DNA of 64,000 bases, taken from positions 151,840,001-151,904,000 of the forward strand of contig NC_058368.1 of assembly GCF_018350175.1 (NCBI RefSeq), written 5' to 3'. Shown one piece after another: positions 12,926 to 26,350 of the stretch. The notes beneath the pieces were generated by a model that did not search any database, was not told the DNA's origin, and saw only the letters and a list, made by a program, of their open reading frames with translations. Position numbers and translations under genes: made by a program. Position 1 is the stretch's first letter, and the number at the start of each line of letters is the position of its first letter. Source of the stretch: Felis catus. Lineage: Eukaryota.

Positions 12926-13265
12926 CTAGGGTGGCCATGACAAAATACTACAGACTGGAGGCTTAGACAACAGAAACTTATTTTCTCACAGTTCTGGAGA
13001 CTGAAATTCCAAGATCAAGATGACAGCTGGTTATATTTCTCCTGAGGCCTCTACTTGGGGTGCAGGTGGCTGCCATTTAATTGTGTCCTCACAGCATTTT
13101 CTCGTGTGTATATAGCCCTAGTGTCTCTTCCACTTCTTATAAGGACATCAGTCATTTTTGATTAAGGCCCCACCCTTGTGACCTAATTTAACCTGTATTA
13201 CTTCTTTAAAGACCCCGCATCCAAATATAGTCACAGTGTGGATCTGATTTCAACATATGAGTTCA
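12925..13265 (-). mobile_element. MaLR solo LTR (MLT1A/B-like)
   Basis: GGCCATGACAAAATACTACAGACTGG..AACAGAAACTTATTTTCTCACAGTTCTGGAG..CTTATAAGGACATCAGTCAT. Confidence 0.85.
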
Positions 13266-13687
13266 GTTCATTGATACTGGGCTTTCTCATTTTGGCACTA
13301 TCTGTATTGTTAGTCAAGTTGCTTTGCTGGGAGTACTTTAACAATTGTTACGTTTTTGAACACTTATTTATTTTGAAAGACAGCCCATTCTATTATTTTT
13401 GACGGTGAAAGAAATATACAAAGTGTGATACCAGATACATTGATAAAGATCAACAAATATTTGAAAAAGTTTAAGAATTTTCAAAATACAGTAACTCACA
13501 TACAGACACTTGGGGTTTACTCCACCATAATATTGTAACAATATGAGAGGAAAGCCTAATCCTAGCTAATATAATAACCTCAAAGGTCAAGAAGTATCAG
13601 GAATTGAAAATCCCTTCTACATGTGTACAAGGAGGAGACAATGATGGGCAATCCCTTATCCTAATACCTCCAAATTTGAAACTTTCT

Positions 13688-13868
13688 TGTTTTAAAAAAA
13701 ATTTAACGTTTATTTATTTTTGAGAGAGAGAGAGACAGAGCATGAGCAGAGGAGGGGCAAAGAGAGAGGGAGACACAGAGCCCGAGTTGGGGCTCAAACC
13801 CACAAACTGAGATCACAACCTGAGCCGAAGTCAGATGCTTAACCTAAGCCTGAGCCACCAGGAGCCCC
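13688..13868 (-). mobile_element. Can-SINE with internal deletion
   Basis: T tail, GA tract, CCTGAGCCGAAGTCAGATGCTTAAC; TSD AAACTTTCT; central GAAGCAGGCTCC..GTCAG segment missing. Confidence 0.93.
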
Positions 13869-14384
13869 AAAACTTTCTAAAGTGCAGGCAAGACTCTATG
13901 GGTCAAATCAACCTTCACATACCTACACATACCAGATTAGATTAATAGCTGCTTATGCTGAATGAGTCAATGGATGATTCACTGGACTACCGCTTACTCT
14001 TGGAATCAGGTGGCTTCTGTGACAGTATGATTTGTTTGCATTTAGCAACAGTGTGAACCAAGTAAAGGAAGCTATTATGGTAGCAGCTGGAGAAGAAATC
14101 TGTAGAGAGATGCAAGAAAATCTTTCAACACTTAGTGAACGTAGGTAGAGAGCATTTAATATGGACATCACTATAAATGATTTGAGCTTCAATATTGGTT
14201 TTTAAAAACACAGTCTGCACTGTGGTATTTTTATAGTCAGTGTCAAGCACAGTCGTTTTTAGTTACAGCTTGCATAACAGTTCAGGATAAATCAAAGTGA
14301 ACTGTTCTGAAGAAAAAAAAATAGCACATATTTGCTAGTACTGTAATCACTGCTCTGGCCAAAGGCTACTTTGCACTGTGTCTA

Positions 14385-15250
14385 CATAACACTCATTTGA
14401 CAAATATTTATTAAGTGTTGATTATTTGCCAAATACTGTCCTAGGTGCTGGGAATATATCAATGAATAAAACACAGTCCCAACATGCACTATGTCTATAG
14501 CATCTTCTAGGCAGAAAAGCAATGGCAATAGAGGGTGGAAAGTGCTACGTGACATCAGAATTGCATACTCTGTGTTCTGGAGAAGAAGGCAGCATCTGCG
14601 CTCCTCTTGGCTAGGAGACTGAGGGTAAGTTTTCCGGAGGAGAGGATGTCTGAAGTTCAGATCAAGGGCCAAGAAAGAGTTGCCAGAGGGAAACTTCTGA
14701 GACAAGGGCTAAGTATCTTCAGTGTACTGAAGGTCAAAGTAAAACACAGCAGGGGGAAGCCATTTAGCATGATTGGAAAAAAAGAGTGGAAACAGGGAGA
14801 GTTGAGAGACAAAGCTGAAAAAATTCTCAAGAGGATGTGCACACAATGAAGAGGAGTTTGGATTTCACTCCGATTCACTCTGGGTGTACTATGCAAAAAT
14901 GGATGTAGTGGGAAGACCAGATGGGGCTGATGCAATAATGGAAACATAAGGTTATGGTAGCCCGAACAAAAATATTAAGTGGACCAATCTGATACGTTTT
15001 GAAGAGGTAATACTGACAAAATAGGTGACTGAACGTGGAAAGTGAGGAAGATAAAGAACTACATATATTGCCAGTTTTCTAGATTAGGCAATTTATGAAT
15101 CATAGTGTCATTAACTAAGAACAAGGAACCAGTGGGAAGAAAAATGGTCAGTGGTGAAACGTGTGAAATACTCTTTGACTTTGTTTATTCAAACAATCTT
15201 TACTGGACGCCTACTCAATTGTGGTAAACACTGGATGTAGTGGTAAACAA
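14385..15250 (-). mobile_element. L2 fragments
   Basis: CATTTGACAAATATTTATTAAGTG..CTAGGTGCTGGGAATATA..GAATAAAACA is the reverse L2 3' end; further L2 motifs to about 15.2 kb. Confidence 0.75.
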
Positions 15251-15939
15251 TACGAATGAATCCCTGTAGCTTACCGTCTAGCAATTTCCATAACTGGGTG
15301 GCAAGATCTAGAAGGCGAGTGGCTCATTATACAGGTTTAGTGGTTTTTAGTACAAGGGTGATATCTGACACCATTGAAGAGGACAGAACATCCTCTGAAG
15401 AAGGAAAGAAGAAAAGAGGTTTAAATTTTACAGGGCCACTACGCATGATGGACAAATAGATGATATGAAGCCTTCAGTAAAAAACAATAAGTGGGCAGGG
15501 ACATCTGAGGAGTACCAGAAGAGAATATTGGTTACCTGGCAGATTAGTGTACAGAGTCAATCCAGGTTACTATGGTACAAAAGCATATAGTTTTTTCTCA
15601 ATTATTTGATGCCTATCCTCTTCCCATTGAGCTTCATAAATAAGGCTACATTTAATACTAGGTAGCAGGAATAGAGATATAGATAAATAATCCAAAAGAA
15701 ATATAGAGAAACATGAGAGGTAGAATTCTTTCCTCTCATGGTATAACAAAAAGAATGCTTTTCCCCCCAGAAGGAAACTGAATTCCAGCCCTACACATGA
15801 TTATACAACCAAATAATGGTACAATAAATCCATCAAACTACTAATTCCTCTACAATTTTATATTTTAGGGTTTTTTGTTTCTGTCTCAAACATTTCTAAA
15901 TAGAAATTCTCTTAGGCTATTTATAATATTGATGAGGCA

Positions 15940-16140
15940 AAATTTTATTAGTGCTATGTGTCAGACAGAAGTGACCCACATGCATTTATTTAATTCAATC
16001 ATTCCAACAATCTTTTGAGATAGTTTAAGAAACTAGGGTTTGGAAAAGTGGAGTAACTTGCCTAAGATCCCATGACAATTAAATTAGTGGCAGCTGGGCT
16101 TGAACCAAGATACGCCTGACTCCAAATATGTGTTACAAGT
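15940..16140 (-). mobile_element. MIR
   Basis: AGTAACTTGCCTAAGATCCCA..TTAGTGGCAGCTGGGCTTGAACC..CCTGACTCCA. Confidence 0.7.
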
Positions 16141-16704
16141 GGATTTATTCTGTGCCAATACCTCTATGGAGATAAAAAAAAAATGCTTTGGTGTTTGCCA
16201 TTCAAAAGAGAAGATCTGCATTATGCTCAGAATCAATTTTAATCTTGTTATAAAACCAAATAATGTATTATTACACTTCATTCATTAAAATTACATAATG
16301 CCCTCATCCTGATCAACAGATAACCTCCATAAATGTGAAAACAACTTCATACAGTATTTTTCTCCTATGAATTTTTAAAGAGCTAATTTATTCATGAGCA
16401 AAAATGAATAAAAGCACCTCCTTACCAGGAGATCATATTGTTAACATGAATCATTGTTTGCCTGATGGAGCTAGACAGTGTCTACTGGGATTGTATTTTA
16501 TTTTATAGGCAACTGCCAATCATGGAGGAAAAGTTACATGTTAAAAAAAAAAAGTGGTCATTGATCACTGGGTGTCAATTCTATTTTTGAGCAATACCGG
16601 TACTTTCTTTGCTTCCCTTAAATCACTTAGATTTACCTCTCAGTGTCTTTATTATTCTATCCTCCTCTATATAGCATGGAGTCCTAATAACACTTCCTCC
16701 TAGA

Positions 16705-17337
16705 GGTATCTGTGTCCCCCTCCCAATAGGATATGAAGTCCTAATCCTAGTACCTCAAAATGCAACCATATTTGTAAATGAAGTAGTTGCAGATGTCAAT
16801 AGTTAAGTTAAAATGAGGTCATTAGGGTGGGCTCCTAATCCATCAAGACTGGTGTCCTTATAAGAAGACAGCTGGAGCACCTGGGTGGCTCCGTGGATTA
16901 AGTGTCTGACTTCGGCCCAGGTCATGATCTCACAGTTAGTGAGTTTGAGCCCTGAATCAGGCTCTGTGCTGATGGCTCAGAACCTGGAGGCTGCTTCGGA
17001 TTCTGTGTCTCCCTCTCTCTCTGCCCCTCTCCCACTCATGTTCTGTCTCTCTCTCCATCAAAAATAAACGTTAAAAAAAAAAAAAAGAAGAAGACAGCCA
17101 CAGAAGAAGCCATGTCGAATTGTGCTGATGTAATGCAAGAAACTCCAAAGACTGCCAGCCATCCACAGAGGCTAAGAGAAAGGGATGGAAGTGATTCCTC
17201 CCTAGAGCCTTCAGAGGTAGCATGGTCCTGGTGCACCTTGATTTCAGAATTTTAGCCTCCAGAATTGTGAGATAATACGTTTCTGTTGTTTTAAGCCACG
17301 AATTTGTGGTACTTTGTTACAACTGTTCCAGGAAACC
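16705..17337 (+). mobile_element. MaLR solo LTR (MLT1B/C-like) interrupted by a SINE
   Basis: AAATGAGGTCATTAGGGTGGG..ACTGGTGTCCTTATAAGAAGA; GCCTCCAGAATTGTGAGA..TTTCTGTTGTTTTAAGCCAC..TGGTACTTTGTTAC. Confidence 0.85.
16874..17087 (+). mobile_element. Can-SINE
   Basis: Full-length body; TSD AAGAAGACAGC at 16862-16872 and 17088-17098. Confidence 0.96.
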
Positions 17338-17519
17338 ATTTGTGGGAAACCATTTTTTCCCACTGTGTTTGCCATCATAGTCAACTTTGCAGCACTGAAT
17401 ACTCTTGGACAATTTAAAGTTAATAGATTCATAAAAATGCTAAGAGGTTGAAGGGGAACTCCAGGTCATGTGGTCCAATCTCCTACACCCTAAGCATTTC
17501 TTTTGGAAGCATTCTTGAC

Positions 17520-17990
17520 AGATGATTATAAAACCCAACTCTGACTGGTTTAAGCAAAAAAGTAATGAATTCACATAACACAACAGTCCATGAATGGTAT
17601 CAATTTTGGAAGTAGCTGGATAAAGAAATCAAAATGTATCACTAAATAAATCTCTTACCTTTCCTTCCTCAAGGCAGGCTCTAATGACCATGACCTTCAT
17701 CCTGTCTGGTAGAACACAGAGATGAAGAAATGTCAGGCATTATAGCATCAACCAAATAAGAAGAAAATCCTCAGTGTCTTGCCAAAATGCATGAATTTAA
17801 TAAATAGTCAATGTGATGGGGTTACACACTCACTTTTTAAATAATCACGGCTACTTCAAGGAACAGAAAATCTACACCTAAAGCACATAGAAGTGTTAGT
17901 GCCCCTAAACTGAGAAAAGAGGTGGAACTTGACAGAAAGTTCTGGGTGCTCTTGACATTGTAAGGGCGACATTGTTGGGCAGGGAGCAAA
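17520..17990 (-). mobile_element. Old MaLR LTR (MLT1K/L-like)
   Basis: AACCCAACTCTGACTGGTTTAAGCAAAAAAG motif; highly diverged. Confidence 0.45.
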
Positions 17991-18299
17991 CTGATATCCA
18001 CTAGATAAAAACAAATTCAATTAAAGTATGCAGCTACATATATGCAGGAAAATATTTATTCCTCCTCAGCTACTTGAGAAAGTTTCATAAGAACATTTTT
18101 CCTCCTAGGTCTGAAACAATAGAGAAGGTACAAATTATCTACACAGATATACAAAATGACTGGAGTATCATAAATAAGTGCAAAGCCTGAATGAGGTGAT
18201 AGTTTTAAGATATGAAGAGTAGGAAGTAAGGATGGAAAGAGGGGTCTGTGGCAGGCTGGCAAAGGCCAGGAATGCTGCCGGGAGCAGTGCTACCTTTAC

Positions 18300-19010
18300 A
18301 GTCAGACCCGTCAAAGTTCAGACCAAGACTGGCTAAGATTGGTTCTCAAAGAGTGACTTGAGGGATATATTGAAGTAGAAAGTGATTGGAGATCACCAAT
18401 GACCATTTAAAGTAAAAACGAAGACGTGGATTAGGACTAAGGAGGTGCCAATGGAGCAACAACTTGGCACTCTGCAGGGGTTTGATGGCAGATGAGGGAA
18501 CAGTGACAAGTACCTCTGAAATGTCTTTAGTAATCAATGGGAGAAGACAGCGCCTTTAACCAAAGCAGGAGCTGATTTAAGAAATAAGAAAACAGTGAAA
18601 AAGAGATAATGAGTTCAGTTTTGGACACAACTGACTTGATGGTATTTAAATATATTCATGTTAAGATATAAAAAAAAATGCAGTTAGAAATATATGTCTG
18701 AAATTCCTGAGAAATCCAGAGATTCAAATGTTAGAGTTCTTTTGCAGGCCAGCACGTAACTTGAAGTGAGAACAGTCCAAAAGGCAAACTAAACGGATCT
18801 TTAATTCCTCCTTTGCCACAAAGCATAAAAATCCTTCACTGAATTTATTTTACTGAAAATTTCCCCCAACTCAGGGTGCTCTACATTTTTGTCTTTTGTG
18901 TCATTCTTTGTTTTTAGACCCCCAAGCTCCTTGGGGTAAGGACTTTGTCATTAATTTAGCACAGCTGAATATATTACATGGTGCCATGTGTATTTATAGA
19001 AGTTTGCTAA
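18300..19010. mobile_element. L2 fragments
   Basis: AATGAGTTCAGTTTTGGACA (reverse L2) and AAGCTCCTTGGGGTAAGGACTTTGTC (forward L2 3' end). Confidence 0.5.
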
Positions 19011-19850
19011 GTAATGATGATTCAGATTTGGTAATCAGCACTTGAGATGATCATATGGTTATGCAGATCAACACTTACTATGCAAAAATCATTTCCTATA
19101 GGGGCAGATGTGCTGGTCTCCCTCTGGTAAATTTTTAGATCAGTAAATTTCTTGCACTCTGAAAGTCAATTTAGGATTATGCCTTTGATTGTCATCTTGT
19201 TGGCTAAGGGAACCAAGACTGCAGTATCTTTCTATGATGCTAAGCTGCTGAAGGTAAATAATGCTGATGGATTTAACAGCAATTAATTCTAATAATTTAA
19301 ATGCGGTAAAATAATTTATTGATCTAATAGCATAGTGATTTCACTTCTCCAAGTCAAAAAAAATAGTGGCTGAAACACTTTAAACTATTTAGTATCTAGT
19401 CGTACAAATGCAGTTCCTATGTTAAGGCATATTGAGATTCCGTTTGAAATTGGAGAAAAAGAATTTTTGTTACATTTTTTTGGAATATGACAAATGTTTC
19501 CAGATTTCAGATTTTAACTTCTCTCTAAAAATAAAAGGGGGAGTGTTTCATAATCTCTTTCTTTCAAAATTCCAGAAACATCTGAACTGTTATTTTAAAA
19601 ATATTGGTAAAGACTCTGAATTAATTTATTCAGACTCTATTAAATAGTTTTTCTATCAACCTAAGATAGGTGGATACTGATCCAAATGAGTAAGAAAGCA
19701 AGAGTGGTATGTAGTAGTAAAGGGGGAAAAAAAGGAAAGATGGGAGAGAGAGAGAAATTTGGAGAAATGGAGTTTTTATTCTAGAATACTGGGATGAAAC
19801 TGTGACAAAGTAAATTACATTAGAAGCAAGTCTCGTGTAAGACAATTTTC

Positions 19851-20042
19851 TTTTTTTTATTTTTATATATCTAGAGAGAAAGCGTGTGAATGGGGGAAAG
19901 GCGCAGGGGGAGAGAGACAGAGAGCGAGAATCTGAAGCAGGCTCCATGTTCAGCATTGACCCCAATGCAGGGCTCGATTCCACGACCCTGACATCAAAAT
20001 CAAGACTCTGATGCCCAACCCACTAAACCACCCAGGTACCCC
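19851..20042 (-). mobile_element. Can-SINE (older subfamily)
   Basis: GAGAATCTGAAGCAGGCTCCATG..CCACCCAGGTACCCC; TSD TGTAAGACAATTTTC/TGTAAGGGAATTTTC. Confidence 0.93.
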
Positions 20043-22309
20043 TGTAAGGGAATTTTCATGATTAAATTTTTCAGCATGCTTTGAAGTGAGATTTTGCCAT
20101 AATTTCACACCTGACCTCTCAGAAGTTAACCATTCCTGCTTATTTGTCACAATCATCAGTACCAGCTGACTAAAATCTTAGTGGTATCTATGGATATGAA
20201 GTTGATAGACAACGCTAGCCTGATTTTTTAAAACTAGTAATTAAGTGACATTATATCACTCATCCCCCAAAACAACCTCAATAATAACACAAATATGTTC
20301 AAGTATCCAATTATATTCCGGGGTGAATGTAAAAATGACACAACAGAAAGTATTAACAGAGATGATGACAGTTCCACAGTAATAGCTGCTTCAAGCACCA
20401 AACATGATTAAATCTGTGGTTTAATGGTCTTCCCCTTCCTACTGCATCATGGGAAATGGTTGGTAGAGAGGAAGGCAGGAAACAAATATTTTGCTTGTGT
20501 ATGTGTTGTATTTAAATTTCTCTTTTTAATGTTTATCTTTGGAATCAACTAGAGTAAAAACTGTAAAAAAAAAAATTCCTTTAATACGAAAGTGGTTTTC
20601 TTCTTTCCTTTATTGTTACTGATACTGTATTATACAGAATCATGCAAAGGAACAGCTTGCTATTTATGTGTTTTTGGAGAGCGTAGCTGAAAAATGTAGG
20701 TCTACCCATTCTTGATGGGGATAAGTGACTAAAAAGCAATGTGAAAATTCAGAATATCTGCTCCCATGTGCCAACGGTATATTGATTATAAGTTAGAAAT
20801 ACTCAGAAAATGAGGTTTGCTGGCATCCAGTGCGTTTATTCTCAACATCCCCCAAATTGATCAGATGGGAGATTATAAAAAAGGGACACATTTGAGATCA
20901 AAAGACAAACCAGACAATTTGTGGGTGGTCCCACAGAGTAGAGTGAACTAATAGAGCTAGGCCACAAAACACCAGAACGGCTAGAATATACATGATGCTG
21001 AAGCAAAGAGAAAGAAATCTGGCAAGTTTTTGATTCCCCCTCCTAAATATTCCATTCTGTTGATGAGACGGTTTCTACAGTACAGGTCAAAGGGGAGTAG
21101 GACACCTTTCTCGTGTATGTACTTTTCTAGAGACAACTATGTAGGGCAGCATCCACAGTGAGCACTTTAAAACTCGTAAATGCATGAAACAGTTTTTTTT
21201 TTTTTTAATTTCATAAGCATTATATAAATAAAACCAGCAAAGTCCCAATCTATTCCTTCTAGTGGCTAAAATGCTGGCATGTGATTAGATGGAAAAAAAG
21301 AACTTACACTACCTCTGAAATGAAAATTTTGAGACACAGTGAGAAAGCATTAATGACTTCTTCAAACTTTTAGATGAGCAGTTTTAAGGAACTGTTCAGA
21401 AGTCTTATAATGATAGTTGTAAACTTATACACATCAGGGTCATTCATTGCCTGCCTTGTGTAAAAAGATAGCATCGATAACGTTGTAACAGGCTTACGTT
21501 GAAACACTCAGAAGTAATATTATATGAAAATGTACTTATTTTGTCAAAATCTGAGGAATGTGAAGTTGCAATAGACATTTGTACCAGTTTGTCTGCTGTG
21601 AATTAGACGATGTTAGATTTTATATATCATATTCTTTGCTCATTATCAGAGAGAAGAGAAGGTGAGAAGAGGTGAAAGTACTCTAGTTTTAAAACATATT
21701 TGTATTTATCTTGCCCCCCCTCAAGGCCCATTCATGGGTTACAATTGTTGGGTAAAATGTCCTTAATTCCTAACCACAATAAAGCCAGATCTGGCTGTTT
21801 ATTAGTAATTTGCCTTCTATGTTACAGGTTTCATTAAATAAGCATGTGTCACTCCTCCTTTTCAACTGTGAAGCTAAATATTAATAAATGAATAAGAGAA
21901 TCATGTGTCCTCATATAATCTCTGCTTATAATTATCTGCTTTTTCATTTATTAACTATTGATTTTACCCCACACCTATATGGGAGTGGTAAGCACCAGAG
22001 GCAAACCATGAAGCAGATTTTCTCTCTAAAAACCCAACTCAACTGTACCCCTCAGTGACCGTCGCTATTCCTTGATACAGGCTCAGGATTGTTGGATGTC
22101 TAGATTTTCAGAGAAGTCATTTTTTTTGTTTGTTTTGATTAACTCTCAGTGTAAGAGCAAAATACGTATCTAGGATGAACTATTACTTGTTACTTCTTGC
22201 ATACAGGTGAATTGGCCAACAAGAGCTTATCAAGTTTACAAACTTGGACTTAATGATCACACGAGAATGCCATGTCAGGGATGGGGGATTTTCTTTATTA
22301 AAGAACTTG

Positions 22310-22660
22310 TCCTTTTTGGCTCTTGATCCATCTATTCTCACTGCATACCTTCTCCCCTCCACCCCCCTTACTCTTCCTATACCTTCCCTTCTGCCTTTTT
22401 CAGTTTCTCTACCTATCACTCCATTTTTCTTTTGTCTTCTTACCTTGCTTTCTTTCTTACAGACTATAACTCTACTCCAATCTATGACGTAATACACACC
22501 CTTTCTCTCACATCTCTTTTCATCCATTATTCCCTCTTTATCCTGCATCCTGTTTTCCTAATGACTCCTGTTTTTCCAAAACACGTGTTCTTCTACAGTG
22601 TAAGAATCTTCCTTCTACCTCTATTTTTCCTTTCAACTCCGATTCTCTCTCATCACTAAA
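22310..22660 (+). repeat. Pyrimidine-rich low-complexity tract
   Basis: About 350 bp strongly C/T-biased with few G; adjoins probable L2 remnants. Confidence 0.55.
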
Positions 22661-22994
22661 GTTCTTGAAAAGACAGTCATGTTCATTGCTTTTATATGCA
22701 CGTCATTCACATACTTATCCTTAAATGAAACAAAGGCAGCCTTTGAGGTTCCTCTCCCAAAGGTGTGTCTATCTTTTCTCTAAGTTCTTTGACTTTCATT
22801 TTGCATATGAGGATTAGTCTTCCCAATTTTCCTGGAATCAGTTTCCTGCCTTTAATTTTTGTGACATATCATTATCCTTCTACATACATTTAAATTTAAT
22901 TTTGAAAAGTGTTTGGCATAATTTTTATGATACTTTGTGTTTTAAGTCATAAAACTAATAATACATGTTAATTAAAAGTTGAAGAATGTATGAA

Positions 22995-24290
22995 ATCTTC
23001 GCAATAAATGGTGCTGGTACAACTGGGCATTTACATGCCCAAACCTGCACTCAAAAGAGTAAGGTTGGACCCCTACACATCTTACCACATACAAAAATTA
23101 AGTCAAAAGTGATAATAGGCTTGAAAGTAAGAGCTAAAACTGTAAGATTTTTAGAGAAAAGCATAGATGTAAATCCTCATGATTTTGGATGACACAATGT
23201 TTTCTTGAATATGACACCAAAAGTAAGAGTAAAAGTAGATACATTGACCTTCACCAAATAAAAAACTTTTTTTATGCAAAGGACACCATCAAAAAGTAAA
23301 AAAAAAACAAACAAAACAAAACAAAAACAAGAAAATCTCCCATAAAATCTGAGAACATATTTTTAAATCATGTATCTGATAAGAGACGTGTATCCAGAAT
23401 ATATAAGGAACCCTTACAACTCAACAAGAGACAAATAACCCAGATTTAAGATTGGCAGTGAATTTGAATAGACATTTCTCCAAAGAAGATATACAAATGG
23501 CCAATAAGCAAATGAAAATATATTCAACATCATTGGTCATTAGGGAAATAAAAATAAAAACCACAATGAGATATCACTATGCATCCAGAAAGATGGCTAG
23601 AATAAAAAAGACAAAAACAAGTGTTGACGAAAAAGTAGAGAAATTAAAATCCTCAAACATTGTTGGGAGGATTATAAAATAATGCAGCCACCTTGAAAAA
23701 CAGTTTGGCAGTTGTTTGAAATGTTAAAAATAGTTACCATGCAATCAAGCAATTCTACTCTTAGGTATATACCCAAGAGAATGAAAGTGTATGTTCACAC
23801 AAAACTGGTTCACAAATGTTCATAGCACATTACTCTTAAGCTAAAAAGTGCAAATAACCCAAATGCTTAATGGATAAACAAAATGTGATATATCCATACA
23901 ACTGAGTACTATTTATCAATAAAAAAGAATGAAGTACTGATATATGCCACACCACATAAAAACCTTAAAGATATTATAAGGTAAAGAAGTCAGTCACAAA
24001 AGGCCACATATCATGTTATTCCATTTATATAAAATTTCTATAATGGGTAAATTCATCATTGTTCCATTATTAATAGAATTGACAATTAGTAGTTCCTAGC
24101 TAATAAGAGGACTAGAAAATAGGAAGGCACTGCTAAGGGGATTTTTTTTTAGATTACTGAAAATGCTCTAAAACTAGATAATGGTGATGGTTGTGCACAT
24201 TTGTGAACATACTAAAAACCACTAAAATGTGTATTTTTAAAGTGTGAATGTGTTGGCTTATGAACTGTATTTCTAAAGCTATTAGCAAAA
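22995..24290 (+). mobile_element. L1MB-like ORF2 end and 3' UTR
   Basis: AATAAATGGTGCTGG; ORF 23452-23682 [24 protein letters not shown] is L1 ORF2; 3' UTR CTAAAACTAGATAATGGTGATGGTTG. Confidence 0.92.
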
Positions 24291-24369
24291 AATGCAGGAG
24301 AATGCAAAGAAGAAAATAATAATCTCCATGAACTCAATATCCATAGATGATTGCTCTGAACTTCGAGAA

Positions 24370-25050
24370 ACAGTACAGACTCTAGAGTCACCCAGACCTG
24401 CATTCAAATCCTATCCTTTTCATTTACTAATGTATTTGTGGCTAAGCGATTTAATTTTTCAGACTTTTTATTTTATCTGTAAATGAATGCATTAGTAAGG
24501 ATAAAATAAACTTGTCACAAATAAACTCTGAAACTTAATAAATAAGGTCTTTTATTCGGGGTGCACATAATGGTCTACGAAGTTTGGGTTCATGTTAATG
24601 GCAGCTCTTTTCAGTGCTTTGGGGACCCAGGCTTCTTCCAGGTTTTGACTGCTAATTTCTAGGGCAGAGATTGATAAACTTCTTTTGTAAAGGGCCAGAT
24701 AGTAAATATGCTCAACTTTACAAGCCAGACCTCTGTTGAAACTCCACTCCCCGTTGTAGCACACAACAGCCATAGGCGCTATGTAAGTGAACTGGCATGG
24801 CTACATTCCAACCAAACTCTTTACAGAACATGCAGGAGAGACGGTCTGGTCAATGGACCATAGTTTGCCAACCCCAGCTCCAGAGTCTTGTATCCATCTA
24901 GCAAAACAGCAAAGAAGGTGTGGAGGAACCTGCCTCTTTGAGGCTCAGCTTACAAGTTATACACATTATTCTGCTCAAGTCTCTCAGTGACAACAAGTCA
25001 ATACCATATAAGATCATATCTACCTGAAAGAGAAAACAGGAAATGCTAAT
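24370..25050. mobile_element. MIR fragment plus old MaLR LTR (MLT1J-like) split by MER58A
   Basis: GAGTCACCCAGACCTGCATTCAAATCC (MIR); GGGACCCAGGCTTCTTCCA (MLT1J-like). Confidence 0.45.
24665..24877 (-). mobile_element. hAT-Charlie MITE (MER58A-like)
   Basis: TGTAAAGGGCCAGATAGTAAATAT..GGCATGGCTACATTCCAA..CCATAGTTTGCCAACCCC. Confidence 0.85.
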
Positions 25051-25562
25051 GACTAAGCATTCACTTTCTAGCTTCAACTGTTACTTTTCAAGGGAAGTGG
25101 ATCTGGTGAAGTTACTCATCTTTAATACACCTTATGGTGCCCTTGTGAAGATTAGTAATAGCAACTATAAAGTGCCTTGAACATAAAAAGCATATCACTA
25201 TATACTCCAGTTTTTATCATTCTGATCATGCACATTGTTAACACAACTCTAATCTCCTTTGGGCACAATTCCTGTCTTCTTAATTGTGTTTTAATTATTA
25301 TTCTTTTTCCTTAAAATGTGTTCTACTGTTATTATCCACAGACACTTTCTCTACTCTGTTCTTCACTCAATTCTAAAAATCTCTTAACTTTTAGTGTGCG
25401 AAGATAGCACTATTTTCTATATTCTATGGCCTTCCAAGTTCAAGACTTCTGAATCTTTTCTGGCTTGCCTTTGCATAGTTATTGATTTCCTCTATCCACC
25501 ATTTTTTTTTTACTATAACTTGTATTCCTTTCTTTTTGTTCCTGTTTCCAATTTCTATTGTC

Positions 25563-26012
25563 ATGTGTCTTCGCTTCTCAGGACTTCTGTAACAAAGTAC
25601 CACAAACTGGGTTGCTTAAAATAAGAGAAATTTACATCTCACAGTTCTGGAGGCTAGAAGTCCAAAATCATGGTGTTGGCTGGGCCACACTCCCTCAGAA
25701 GCCCTTGGGAGAATCCCTCCCTAACTCTTCCTAGCTGCTGGCCATTTGTTGACAATCTTAGGGTTTCTTGGCTTGGTGCAATGCTAATCTCTGCCTTTGT
25801 AGTCACATGTTACTGCATGTTACTGTTCACATGACCATCTTCTTAAAAGGACATCCTTTATATTGGGTTAGCGGCCCATTTTACTCCAGTATGACCTCAT
25901 TTTAATTAATTACATCTGCAGTGACCCTATTTCCGAATAAGACCACATTCTGAGGTACTGGGGTTAGAACTTCAATGTATCTTTTTGGAGGGAACATAAT
26001 TCAACTCATAAT
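25563..26012 (-). mobile_element. MaLR solo LTR (MLT1C-like)
   Basis: TGTAACAAAGTACCACAAACTGGG..TCTCACAGTTCTGGAGGCTAGAAGTCCAAAATCA..CACATTCTGAGGTACTGGGGTTAG. Confidence 0.9.
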
Positions 26013-26139
26013 ATGGTGGCTCAAGCATGTATTTGCTGGACCACTACTGTAGCCTTTTACTTGTTTTGTTTGCTTCTTTTTTTAAATGCTCCATTATTTT
26101 CTTATTTCAATACACTTTTCAAGGTCAGAAAACCTCTTC

Positions 26140-26350
26140 TAACATGGCATGAGTATAACGGACTAGGCTTTGAATCAGAAGCTCAGTAGCATTTGGTAAA
26201 TAACTTAATTCCCTAAATATCAGATATTTCCTCTGTTAAACAGAAATAACAGTACCTGCTTCGTGGCATTGTCATGAGGATGAAATGAGGTCATGCAGGG
26301 GACCATACCCACCATACAGAATGCCTGATATGCAGTCAAGGGTTTCCTCA
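26140..26350 (+). mobile_element. MIR
   Basis: GGCTTTGAATCAGA..TTTCCTCTGTTAAACAGAAATAACAGTACCTGC..GAGGATGAAATGAG. Confidence 0.65.

Noticed and set aside
19010..19165. ATGATGA...CTGA as a possible C/D snoRNA (also 45588-45640)
   Set aside because: No terminal stem or recognisable guide sequence, and spacing is atypical.
22183..22659. 75-121 aa ORFs on both strands
   Set aside because: Result of pyrimidine-rich low complexity that is poor in stop codons.
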